Assembly: GCF_006345805.1 (NCBI RefSeq)
Contig: NC_043007.1
Span: 16,988,001 to 17,052,000, forward strand
Direction: 5' to 3'
Length of the DNA: 64,000 bases
Source: Octopus sinensis
Lineage: Eukaryota
The notes beneath the pieces were generated by a model, which made no database searches, was not told where the DNA came from, and saw only the letters and a program-made list of their open reading frames with translations. Below, piece by piece: positions 13,577-24,859 of this stretch (its first letter is position 1; the number at the start of each line of letters is the position of its first letter). Both the position numbers and the translations under genes were made by a program.

Positions 13577-14682
13577 CTCGACCAACATGTGTCCCCGCTA
13601 CCGAAACGGTAATTATTTCTACGCCAGCTGCTATGTTGTTGTTGTTTTGTCTCATTTGGTCTAAAGTCGTATGACACCACCGTTATATATGTTTTGTTTT
13701 TTCATTACTGTTTTCATTACTGTTTTCAATTTCGTTTTCGTCTCTTGTATTCACATCCGTCTTGTGCGTTCACATTCCTGTCTTCTACCAAGAATCTAAT
13801 GCTTACAGCTTAGTTTTTTTTCTTGGGGCTGGCCGAGTTGGAGCAAATATCAGAATTGAACAGCCGAAATTTGCTATGATGATTCGGTGTCTGACTGAAG
13901 ATTGAAGGCTTCGAATGATTTGTCTGTGTTCCGTGTTCGTCCCTTCCTGTATTTCACGTTCATTAAATATAAAAACATTCATTCTTATATTATTGCGGCG
14001 TTACGTGCACCCCCCCGTTTGTTTGTCCAATTTTAAACCCTGCACGACTTCTATACACACTGTCTTTTACTACCCGCCATTGCTTCTTCACCAAACTTTT
14101 TGGCGCCCTCCGATTCTTCCCCTCTCTTCCTCCCATCCTCCTTAATCCCTTCTTTCTCCTCCCTTGGTCACCGATTCTGTCCCCTGCCTTCCACCCTCTT
14201 TGATTCCCTCTCTCTCTGTCTCTCTTTCTCTCTCTCCTGCGACCTGCTGCTTCTTCAACCATTCTGTTGGCCTTCGTATCTCGACCAACATGTGTCCCCG
14301 CTACCGAAACGGTAATTATTTCTACGCCAGCTGCTATGTTGTTGTTGTTTTGTCTCATTTGGTCTAAAGTCGTATGACAACCACCGTTATATATGTTTTG
14401 TTTTTTCATTACTGTTTTCAATTTCGTTTTCGTCTCTTGTATTCACATCCGTCTTGTGCGTTCACATTCCTGTCTTCTACCAAGAAATCTAATGCTTACA
14501 GCTTAGTTTTTTTTCTTGGGGCTGGCCGAGTTGGAGCAAATATCAGAATTGAACAGCCGAAATTTGCTATATGATTCGGTGTCTGACTGAAGATTGAAGG
14601 CTTCGAATGATTTGTCTGTGTTCCGTGTTCGTCCCTTCCTGTATTTCACGTTCATTAAATATAAAAACATTCATTCTTATAT
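13577..14682 (+). mobile_element. Element with about 405-bp direct terminal repeats (possibly Penelope-type pseudo-LTRs), nested in a family-B SINE
   Basis: 13577-13990 and 14280-14682 are nearly identical and flank a pyrimidine-rich 290-bp spacer. There are no TG...CA ends. A related piece lies at about 10500-10770. Confidence 0.5.
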
Positions 14683-15077
14683 ATATATATATATATATAC
14701 GGCAGGCTTCTTTCCGTTTCTGTTAACCAGATCCAGATCCACTCACGAGGTTTTGGTCAGCCAGAGACTATAGTAGAAGACACTTGTCCGAGGTGCCACG
14801 CAGTGGGACTGAACCTGGAACCATGTGGTTAGTAAGCAAGCTACCTACTGCACACTCACTCCTGTGCCTAACCACTCAAAACACAAAAAACTAATCAAAC
14901 AGTCAACAGGTTCTGCCATGTCAAATATGTCATGAGGTTTGGGACTGAAGCATTTTAGATCTCAACTGCATTTCCCAGAAGCTGCAGCCAGTTCAAAAAC
15001 GAGAACTTTAGTGAGCCAATGTTAAAAGTTATCAGAGCTATATAACACAGCAATAAACATCTACACCTGTATATTAC

Positions 15078-15223
15078 CTTTCTTTTGCTAATGCTGACAT
15101 TCCTTGAAGTAGAATAGGGACAACAGTTTGGTCAAGGTAAGCTCTTGTTGGCAGGCATTGAAGATCTACTTTTGGCCGTTTGGCTGGTAACTCCATCATC
15201 TCCTTTTCACTGCCTAATATTTT
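15078..15223 (-). CDS. DPY30: DPY30 (Set1/COMPASS subunit dpy-30 homolog), central coding exon
   Basis: Translates [48 protein letters not shown](R), the Dpy-30 motif. Acceptor ttttctttcAG at 15224, donor GTAATA at 15077. Length 146 nt, phase 0 in, phase 2 out. Confidence 0.95.
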
Positions 15224-15321
15224 CTGAAAGAAAATAAGTAGAGTTATTTCATTTGTTAAATTTACTTTAAACAACATTGCTCTACTTGAAATTAATTTAC
15301 AAGAAAACAGAAAATATATAC

Positions 15322-15738
15322 GGACCTTTTCGGTTTGAACGGCAGTTTTTAACATAATTTCTAGGTAACTAAAAAATTTTAAACTTTGTATACTGGTAGA
15401 ATGTGTTTATAAAACATTGTTTTCTCTTGGCTTTATTGAGAAAATTCTATAGTTTGTAAGATATTTGTTGTTTTTTTTCTTCAATTTCTGCAATTTCAAC
15501 CAATCACTGATGTGTATTGAGGTAAAAAAAAAAAACATTCTGTGCCATATAAATATGTCCCTTGTTTAAGAAACAGATTGGGTTTATTTACATTTCTGAA
15601 GAAAAAAAGATACCCTTCCCCCCATCCCTAACCCTAAAACAGATTGAAATGCAATAGATCGATACTAGGGTCATAATTATGGGTGACAATTTCATATGAC
15701 ACCGCTAGAAAAAACTGCCGTTCAAACCGAAAAGATCC
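15322..15738. mobile_element. MITE family M1 (Merlin-like), in a DPY30 intron
   Basis: TIR GGA(C/T)CTTTTCGGTTTGAACGGCAGTTTTT, perfect 8-bp TSD ATATATAC, internal CCCTAA repeats. Confidence 0.9.
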
Positions 15739-16129
15739 ATATATACTGAAGATGTCTTATTCAAAAATTTTGTAACTAGGATAATATTGAAAGATATTTA
15801 AAATTGATTATTTTTATTTCATGCAAAAAAAACAAAAAAAATATTGATAGGCAAACATAAAAAAACATCTTAGAACAGAATAACAAACTGAAACTAATTA
15901 ATAAGGACTCCTTTTCAGATAGGTAACCATGTTAGTAAGCGGTCTGAGTGACCAAAACAAGAAACAATAAATTGGAAAATATTAATATGTATATGTCATA
16001 TATGTCAATATAAGACAACCTCAGAATTTCCACTTGAAATGCAAGTTCTGAACTATACTGGGAGACCCCCTTTGGTCATGAATGACCATGGGATTGCAAC
16101 TAGAAAGTTACCCTCCAAGGTATAAGTCC

Positions 16130-16830
16130 AGGCAAGGTTGTTTATGGAAGGCCAGCAGTTGCCCACGGCTTCTACTATGGCCTTAAGACAGCTCCAGGAC
16201 ATGGTGCGTGCATTCCTCATTGTCCCTGGAAAGATCTTTGAAAAACTCCATGACCTTGGCCACCAGCTTGCCCTTGGTGCTGCAGGCAAAGTAGTTGGTG
16301 TGTTTCTCAACTGTGCCCTACACAGCAATCCATGGGATTACAATCAGGCAAATTAGGGGACCAGAAACTGGGGCTGGTGAAGTCATAGAAATTGTCTGAT
16401 AACCACTTCCAACTCTTGCTGGGGGGCATGGTAAGAAGCCAAAAATTCTCCCACACATATGGCCTTCCAGCAGCAACCCTCTCCAGCCAGGGGTTGACCA
16501 TAGTCTTCAACTGCTTCACATAGCCATCTGAATTGAGCCTAAATCCCTGTTCGAAAATGTGGGGCAGTGTGATGTCACCCCCCACTGGACACACACCAAA
16601 GACCATCAACTTCTTGCTGGTCATGGCTTTGTAATCTCTCTTGCAGCTGTTCATGTTACATTTTACAGCCATTACAGTATTCACAGAGCATTGAGTAGCA
16701 TTCATGATGTCGGTATTTTGATACCCAGTGCAAATCATGAAACAGCAAACTCTTTCTCAATATTCAGATGGTTTCCAATCCTCTAAGTCAGCTACATTTT
16801 TCTCAACAACAACTTTAATTTTTATGCTCT
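16130..16830 (-). mobile_element. Tc1/mariner transposase remnant (DD37D/maT-like)
   Basis: LPHIFEQGFRLNSDGYVKQL...WLERVAAGRPYVW...WLSDNFYDFTSP.FWSPNLPDCNPMD, frameshifted and internally deleted. Confidence 0.8.
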
Positions 16831-18435
16831 CCAATAACTGTTTTGACCGTTCATCAATACATTAAGAAATTCCTGGAAAAAGGATACATAAAATAAAATA
16901 GAACTTAAGCCAAACACCCCATAAAGGACATTACTGAAATCATAACAGCACTACTCTTGCTTTTAAACAGAACTATTGTTTGTGGTCTATATTAAAATTT
17001 ATGCTAGCACTTGTGCTGGTGGCATGTGAAACATTCGAGTGAGGTCATCGCCAGTGCCGCTGTGCAGGTGGCACGTAAAAAGCACCATTTGGGCGTGGCA
17101 GTTGCCAGTACCACCAAACTGGCCCTCATGCCGGTGGCATGTAAAAGCACCCACTACACTCTCAGAGTGGTTGGCATTAGGAAGGGCATCAAGCTGTAGA
17201 AACCTTGCCAGATCAGATTGGAGTCTGCTTCGCCAGACCTGTCAAATTGTCCAACCCATGCTAGCATGGAAAGCGGACGTTAAATGATGATGATGTCTAC
17301 AACACAGTTAATTACATTTCTGACATATAGACACCCCACAAGTCTAAGTGACATGGAAAATGTGTGACTCAAATATCTCAGTGTATGCTTGGACACTACT
17401 GCAACTTGGGTGACTTACTTGAGTGTATATATTGAGCAACAAACAAAAACAAAAAAGAAGAAACAAAGAGATAACTTAAATAAAATATACGTACAGACAT
17501 GGCTGTGTGAACCATGTGATTTCAGGTTCAGTTCCACCACATGGCACCTTCGGCAAGTTTCTTCTACTTTGGGCTGATCAAAGCCTTGTGAATAGATTTG
17601 GCAGATAGAAACTGAAAGAAGCCTACCATATATGTGTGTGGGTGTGGTGCATGCATACCCTTGTCCTGACCTCATGTGAAGGTTGTAAAGGAACATCATC
17701 ATACATGTTCATTTCCAGCCTTCTGTAGAATAATATGTCTGGACATGGGATATAGTATTACCTTGCTCAGAAACAGGAAACACCATAGAAAATCTATCCC
17801 ATCAAATTCTGTCTGACTCATGTGAGACCCAGAAAGTGGTGAGAAAGGATCTTCGGACACTGGGCCTCACTGAGGAAATGACAAAGGACCAGAAGATGTG
17901 GTGATTTGCTGTACTTAATAAGGCATGTCAAGCTAAGTAAAATCGCTGTCTTCCACATGTATAGGCTGGTACTATTTAAAAAGTACCCATGCTGATGCTA
18001 CATTAACACACACATGCTGGTGTGGTGTAAATGCACCTGTGCCAGTGGCTTGCAGAAGGCACCCAGCACACTTTGTTAAGTGGTTGGCATTAGAAAGGTC
18101 ATCCAGCTGTGGAAACAGACAGCTCCCCAACTGGCCAGCTCCATGTCAAACCATCCAAACCATGCTAGCATGGAAAGTGAACATTAAATGATGGCCATAA
18201 TACTGAGACCATTTTATTATTAGTTGGTTACTACAATCCTGGGAATAGCTTCATACAGATGACCAGGTTTGTTACAGGACTTTTGGGCAGAACTAGACCA
18301 AGTTGGTTACCAAGCTTCCCAGGATAGCTTGACCAAGTTGATTACCAAGCTGCCCTTAAAAGCTATGTTGGTTACTGAACTGTTAAGGACGGCTTGACCA
18401 GTGGGTTAGCAAACTGCCAAAACATAGCTAGACAA

Positions 18436-18907
18436 GTTGGTTAGCAAGCTGCCAAGAATAGTTTGACAGGTTGGTTAGCAAGCTGCCAAGTATAGCTTGA
18501 CAGGTTGGTTAGCAAGCTGCCAAGAATAGCTTGACAGGTTGGTTAGCAAGCTGCCAAGAATAGCTTGACAGGTTGGTTAGCAAGCTGCCAAGAATAGCTT
18601 GACAGGTTGGTGAGCAAGCTGCCAAGAATAGCTTGACAGGTTGGTGAGCAAGCTGCCAAGAATAGCTTGACAGGTTGGTTAGCAAGCTGCCAAGAATAGC
18701 TTGACAGATTGGTTAGCAAGCTGCCAAGAATAGCTTGACAGGTTGGTTAGCAAGCTGCCAAGAATAGCTTGACAGGTTGGTGAGCAAGCTGCCAAGTATA
18801 GCTTGATAAGTTGGTTAGCAAACTGCCAAGAATAACTGGACAGGCTGGTTAGCAAGTTGCCAAGAATAGCTTGGCAGGTTGGTTAGCAAGCTGCCAAGAA
18901 TAGCTTG
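18436..18907. repeat. 34-bp minisatellite, about 14 units
   Basis: Unit GTTGGTTAGCAAGCTGCCAAGAATAGCTTGACAG at exact 34-bp spacing; degenerate flanks extend about 18215-19130. Confidence 0.95.
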
Positions 18908-19322
18908 GTTAGCAAGCTGCCCTTAAAAGATGCTGGTTACCAAGCTGCTAAATATAGTGTGACAAAGTTGGCTACATTGTTGGTGACCAATTTGTTATCA
19001 ATCTACTGAGAATTGGTAGACCAATTAGTTACTAAGATGAGGGATAAAGCTTTACCTGATTGGTTACCAAGTTCCTGAGAATAGTTTGACCAACTGGTGA
19101 ACAAGCTGCTGAGGAGAAACTGGTTACTTAATCACAATGTTACTGAGGAGAACCTGACTTTCTAACACTGAAGAATTTCATTAGAGAATGTTGAAATAAA
19201 TATCTAGAGACATTAGCCACAGAAGTAAAAACCACCAGATTTGGATAGTACAACTGAAAGAGAAATGACAAAGTGAGCTGTAGCGAACGAATATAATCTT
19301 ATTAAACGCAGTCTTGACTCTT

Positions 19323-19642
19323 GTAGCCATGGTAACTGTTTACCATAACAAGCGTTTTAGGAGTGTCGTTGCCATGGCAAGAGAGGGTGCCAAAACTGAT
19401 TTTGCTATGGCCGTGGCAAAGAAAGTAACATCTTGGGATTTGAACGCCGTGTAAAAATGAATAAACAAATAAAATGGGAAGATTGATATTTCTGGGAGAT
19501 CGATAACAGGAAGGTTGATATTTCTTGAAATGACGTCGTTTCCAAGTAAATCAGAAAGAATTGAACATCGTAGATAGATAGATCGATCGATCGATAGATA
19601 GATAGATAGAAAACAATGAGATCATGTCATTGCCAAGGCGAC
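19323..19642. promoter_or_regulatory. Cluster of RFX X-box motifs
   Basis: GTAGCCATGGTAAC (19323-19336), GTTGCCATGGCAAG (19368-19381) and ATTGCCAAGGCGAC (19629-19642), plus half-site-like TTTGCTATGG/GTGGCAAA (19401-19420). Confidence 0.6.
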
Positions 19643-20813
19643 CACGTTCTTTGATCAGCAGGTGGTGCACCTGAGCACTGTATACAATAATTTCATTATT
19701 ATATATATATATATATTAGTTCAATGAATTATTCATTTCCCCGCCTAAAACTTCTGCGTTTCATTTTTTTTTCTTTGTGCATGAAAAGGAGGAGGGGTAT
19801 TGAAAAACCAGAAGGCAAGAAACTGAAAAAATACCAAGAATTTATTTTACTGACCTTTTCTGGAAATGTTGAATTCATATGAAAATAAAGAAAAAATATA
19901 TATATACATTGTAAGTAGAATTAATATTAATGTATAGGATGACTGGTTTGAGGGTGAAAATAACAGGAGAAAAACAACTTATTTTCAAATTAGAAATAGC
20001 AGTTAAATGTCCCAGATCGTCTAATATTTTATTTCGTTTTATAATACCAGATATCCTGTCACTTCACTTACATACAACTTAAATGTCTTCATATAAGCAT
20101 AAATGTCGCAATATTCTATCCATTTACACCCGTATCCCCGCCCCTTAAATTATATTAGGACATGTGCGTAGTCAAAACAAACTTAACAGATTATTTGTAC
20201 TAAGAAAGAAAAAGAAAATGAACAGAATTTTATCTCAAATAAAAATGACAATTCAATCGCTTCCGAAATATTTTTGCTTTTTTTATATATTTGGTATGTG
20301 CGATTGTAAGAAAACTTGCTGGGTTTTAATATATTTAAATAAATGTATTATAAATCGAAGAGAGTAATTAAATCTTGTCTTGTTTCTTAACATATGAATG
20401 GTAAAAAGCCGGTACAAAATGAAAGTAGAACCGGATATTTGAAATTAAATTAGATTCAGCAAATTATTATAAATGCTATTAGTTTCTCCGTATATAATCA
20501 ATGAAATTAGTAGCACCTACGGTCAAAGTTTTAAAAAAATACAATTTTCGCCATGTACTTAATGTACTTAAACTATATAACCCATGGTTAAAATAATAAA
20601 ATATTTTACCAACACATTCATATGTGTGTGTGTACGTGTATATATATATATATTTATATGTAATTATACATTTATAATTATAATCGATTAATGATAAACA
20701 CGGACGAAGATAATCAATAAAATCTGGGCATGCAGCCAGAGAAAATGAAGAATATTTTAACATAACATGAGAAATGGGATGAAATTATGCGAAAATTACC
20801 GCCAAACACTCAC

Positions 20814-20823
20814 CTTCTGCCAT
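20814..20823 (-). CDS. DPY30: Probable DPY30 first coding exon (MAE + G)
   Basis: gcaagATGGCAGAAG followed by a consensus GTGAGT donor, on the correct strand upstream of the other exons. It ends in phase 1, so a further phase1-to-phase0 exon is required and was not identified. Confidence 0.55.
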
Positions 20824-21168
20824 CTTGCAACTTCGTGATATAAAAACAACTATAAACAACACGTCCCGCTTTATTTTAATAAATAACTGATATCAAAATT
20901 AACTTGGTAATTCTAGAATTGCCTTTATGTTACTTGTGGAATTGGAAGCAACAATAAATAATTTAAAATATATTTCGAAAGCGAAGCAACTTTTACACAA
21001 GAAGAAAGACAAAGAAATATTTTTTTGGAGCAAAATAGTGATAGAGGTTATCTGCCCTTGTTTCTAGGTGGTTCCCTGTCTTTCTCTAACGTCGACTTCA
21101 AAGCATTTAAGATTTTTTTTTTTTTGCAAATATTAAAAACGATTCCAAGCTACAAGCTACAAGATACA

Positions 21169-21437
21169 GGCGATCTTTCGTCTCTAGTAGACCTTTCCGT
21201 CGATTACACAACATACTGTCTGTCTCCAACACCCCATCAAACACACACACACACACATGTACATCAATGCTTGCCATGCACGGTAACTTCAAAAGAACTT
21301 CCCTCGTCATACAATCGCTTTCTCTTAGTCTCTTTTGCTCTCATTACTTCAAAAGTTCCCGCAAGCCCATATGTAAAAAAAAAAAAAATTTTTTTACGAA
21401 AATCGACGGAAAGGTCTACTAGAGACGAAAGATTGCC
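21169..21437. mobile_element. MITE family M3 (Merlin-like), about 350 bp upstream of the DPY30 ATG
   Basis: Termini GGCGATC / GATTGCC with a perfect 33-bp inverted repeat (21173-21205 and 21401-21433); perfect 8-bp TSD AAGATACA. Confidence 0.9.
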
Positions 21438-21705
21438 AAGATACAAGGGAAAAAGATCCAAAGATATAAGTAAAATAAAAAGAATAAAGAGTATTCAATC
21501 AGTTAGCCATTTGGCACTTATTTTACCAACTTCGACCGAATTGGAATTCAGAATGTAAAGGGACGTAACTAAATATCGCAAAAACTATTTTGTCAATCGC
21601 TCTCTCTTTGATTAACTATCAACACCCTTTGGGGGACGAAAGAATTGTAGAAGCATAGGCACAGAGCCGGAAATTTGAGGAACTCAGTAATTGAATGGTA
21701 CTTTA

Positions 21706-22101
21706 GGGTCTTTTCGGTTTGACCGGCAGTTTTTTAAAATAATTTCCACGTAACTAAACACTTTTTAAACTTCGTATATTGGTAGAATGTGTTTATAAAA
21801 CATCTTTTTCTCTTGACTTTATCGAAAAGATTCTATAGTTTGTAAGATATATGTTGTTTTTTTTCTTCAATTTCTGCAATTTCAACCAATCAATGACGTC
21901 TATTGAGGTGAAAACATTCTGTGCCGTATGAATATGTCCCTCGTTTAAGGAATAGATTGGGTTTATATACATTTCTGAAGAAAAACAGATAACCTTACCC
22001 TAACCCTAAAACAGATTGAAATGCAATAGATCGATACTAGGGTCATAATTATGGGTGACAATTTCATATAGAAAAAACTGCCGTTCAAACCGAAAAGATC
22101 C
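21706..22101. mobile_element. MITE family M1 (Merlin-like)
   Basis: Same TIR, perfect 8-bp TSD GTACTTTA. Confidence 0.9.
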
Positions 22102-23046
22102 GTACTTTATTCTATTGACTATGAAAGGATGAATATTTCGTCAGGCGCTCTCTTTGATCAACTATCAAAACCCTTTGGGGACGAAGGAATTGTAGAAGCC
22201 CAGGCACAGAGCCGGACATTTGAGGAACTCAGTGACTGAGCGGTACTTTATTTTATTGACTAGGAAAGGATGAATGACAAAATTGACCTCAACGGGATTT
22301 AAACTCTGAAAGTAGAGAGCTGGAACAAATATATAACAAGGCAGTTTGACGCTCTTACAATTCTGCTAATCCACCCTCTTCTCAATAAGGAATTAATGAC
22401 AAGCAATCTGAGACCTAACGGAAATTTACCTTGAATTTTTGGGGCCCGCTTCTCGAAAAAGGTTGCTTGGGGAAGGGGTACAGTCAGTTATATCGACCCT
22501 GTACTGAGCTGGAAATTACGAGGTACTTAGAGTCTTTTATGAGGTCGCTCAAACTTCTGGAAATAGTCAAGTTAGTGTTAGTATCTTTGTCATTTACTTG
22601 TCTCAGTCATTTGACTGCGGCCATGCATGGTTCTTATTACATTTTTTAAAGCCTAGTACTTATTCCATCGGTGTCTTTTTGCCGAACCGCTAGGTTACGG
22701 TGATGTAAACACATAAACACCGGTTGTCAAGTGGTATGTGGGACAAACACATAGATATATATGTATACGACGAGCTTCTTTCAGTTTCTGTCTGTCAAAA
22801 TCCACTCACAAGGCTTTGGTCGACTCGAGACTTTAGTAGAAGACACTTGCCCAAAGTGCCACGCTGTGAGACTGAACCCAGAACCATTTGGTTGGGAAAA
22901 AAAAACCCAACATAACTTCAATGACCAATTCTATTTTCGTGATTTCAGTGAAATGTTACCAAAACATGCCCAGAGTTGTCTCCCGCTTGACAGCATACCC
23001 CCCCACCGCCACCACCTCAGATTTTGTTTCATTCATAACTGTAAAG

Positions 23047-23247
23047 CAGTGGTTTTCAACCAGGGTTCCGCCAGTACAGTCCAGGGGTTCCGCAAGAAGT
23101 TACAAAAATTCTAAAATCAGCAGTAATTTTTAATTCTCCTGTGCAGATACGTGTGCATAAGACTATTAAATTATTGCACAGGGGTTCCTCGAGCCAGTGG
23201 AATGCTTCCTTGGGGTTCCGCTCCAGCAAAAAGTTTGAAAAGCACTG
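23047..23247. mobile_element. hAT (Charlie-like) MITE
   Basis: CAGTGGTTTTCAA...TTGAAAAGCACTG termini; TSD CTGTAAAG / CTCTAAGG (6 of 8). Confidence 0.75.
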
Positions 23248-23559
23248 CTCTAAGGAATAAAAAGTTGATATTTTTTAATGAAATTTTCTACAAATATGCT
23301 TCAGATACTGTACATTCTGATTTTATCGGAATTTTTCAAGAAAAACAGTTTTCCGAAGGGTAGAGAGAGGAATTTCGGACAATTCACACACGAGTCGACT
23401 TTGTTTCTTCATAACTTTCAGGGGAGAAAAAAGGGTATTTTGTTTATTAATTTCTCTACAAATACCTTTCAGATAGTGTAGATTATATCGGAATTTAATG
23501 GGAAAAAAAAAATTGACAGTTTGGCACACATACACATCATATATATATCTATAATCATG

Positions 23560-23830
23560 AGGTACTGAGTTCGATTCCCGGACAGGGCCATATGTTGTTC
23601 TTGAGACTCTTTATTTCACATTGCTCCGGTTCATTCAGTTATAGAAATGATTTGTGACGTCACTGGTGCCAAGCTTTGCCTTTCCCTTGAATAGCATTGG
23701 TGGCGTTGAGAGGAGAGGATGGTATTCGTGGGTGACGACTGGTCTTGCAGAAACAACCTTGCCTGGACTTGTGCCTTGGAGGGTATCCTTCTAGGCGCAA
23801 TCCCATGGTCATTCATGACCGAAAGACGTC
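23560..23830 (+). mobile_element. SINE family D
   Basis: B-box GAGTTCGATTCCC plus a body ending GCAATCCCATGGTCATTCATGACC; reverse-complement fragment at about 16030-16140. Confidence 0.6.
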
Positions 23831-24603
23831 TTTACATATATCTACAAAATGAGACTTAAAATAAAAATTGTGATGTGTCTCAGTATGTTTGTGTGCATGT
23901 CCACCATTTGTTTTTCTTTTTATGCACTTAAATTCTGATATAATAGTAATCTACACTATCCGGAAGGTATTTGTAGGCAATTCAATAAAAAAGAGTATCC
24001 ATTTTTCGGAAAGTTAGGAGGAAACAAAGCCAACTAGTGCGAATTTTCCAAAACTCCTCTCCCCATCCCTCGGAAAATTCCGATATAATCGGAATCTACA
24101 ACATCTGAAGCATTTAAGTAGAAAATTTTATTTAAAAATATCCATTTTTTTTTATGTTATGAGGAAACAAATTCGACGGGGGGGGGGGCACAGGTGTAGT
24201 TATGCCTATTTGGTTACTGTAAATATACTAACACTTTACTTAGCTATTGAAAATAGCAACCAAATCTCACTTTAATTACTATCTACTGTCTTAAAAAGGG
24301 AAGAACTAGTCCTAGATAGACTGTGTGAAAAAAAAGATTGGAGAGTCATATTTAGAACGCCTTTAATCCACTGGCAGTTAGAGTTTGTGTCGCCTAGGAC
24401 ATGAAATTTTTTCCCACGAGAGTTCCAGACCCCAGGAATGAACTCATTTGCATACAGCCAATCAGAGCTCACCTTGACCTTGTTGTCAAGGTAACAAACA
24501 CACTCTACCAAGTAAACTCAAGATGAAGAACGGTGTTGTAAGTCGACCAATTGCCAAGTTATGCCTGATTTTAGAAGGAGACAAGTAATTTGATAGATTT
24601 GCA

Positions 24604-24848
24604 GGTACTACTTTAAGAAGAGTGGTCCCGGTGCGCGTACTCGCGCATCTGCGCTTGCTAGTCATGACTAGTCGATCCTACTAAGACTACCCAGCAAAGT
24701 AAATAAAACACAATAAATAATTTCTTTACACAAAGTAAATAATTTTTGTTAAACGAAGTAAAAACACAAAGTAAGGATCGACTAGTCATGGCTAGCTAGG
24801 GCGGATGTGTGAGTGCACACACCGGGACCACTCTTCTTAAGTAGTACC
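24604..24848. mobile_element. MITE family M2
   Basis: About 75-bp TIRs GGTACTAC(T)TTAAGAAGAGTGGTCCCGG; no TSD visible. Confidence 0.8.
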
Positions 24849-24859
24849 ATCTATACCTA

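Noticed and set aside
18436-18907. Regular 34-bp repeats as a CRISPR array
   Set aside because: Units are directly adjacent with no unique spacers, in a eukaryotic context.
19201-19260. Strong minus-strand acceptor at about 19254 as the missing DPY30 exon
   Set aside because: Stops occur in all three frames before any suitable donor.
24446-24462. Octamer ATTTGCAT next to CCAAT (histone- or snRNA-type promoter)
   Set aside because: No histone or snRNA gene follows; it lies among repeat fragments.
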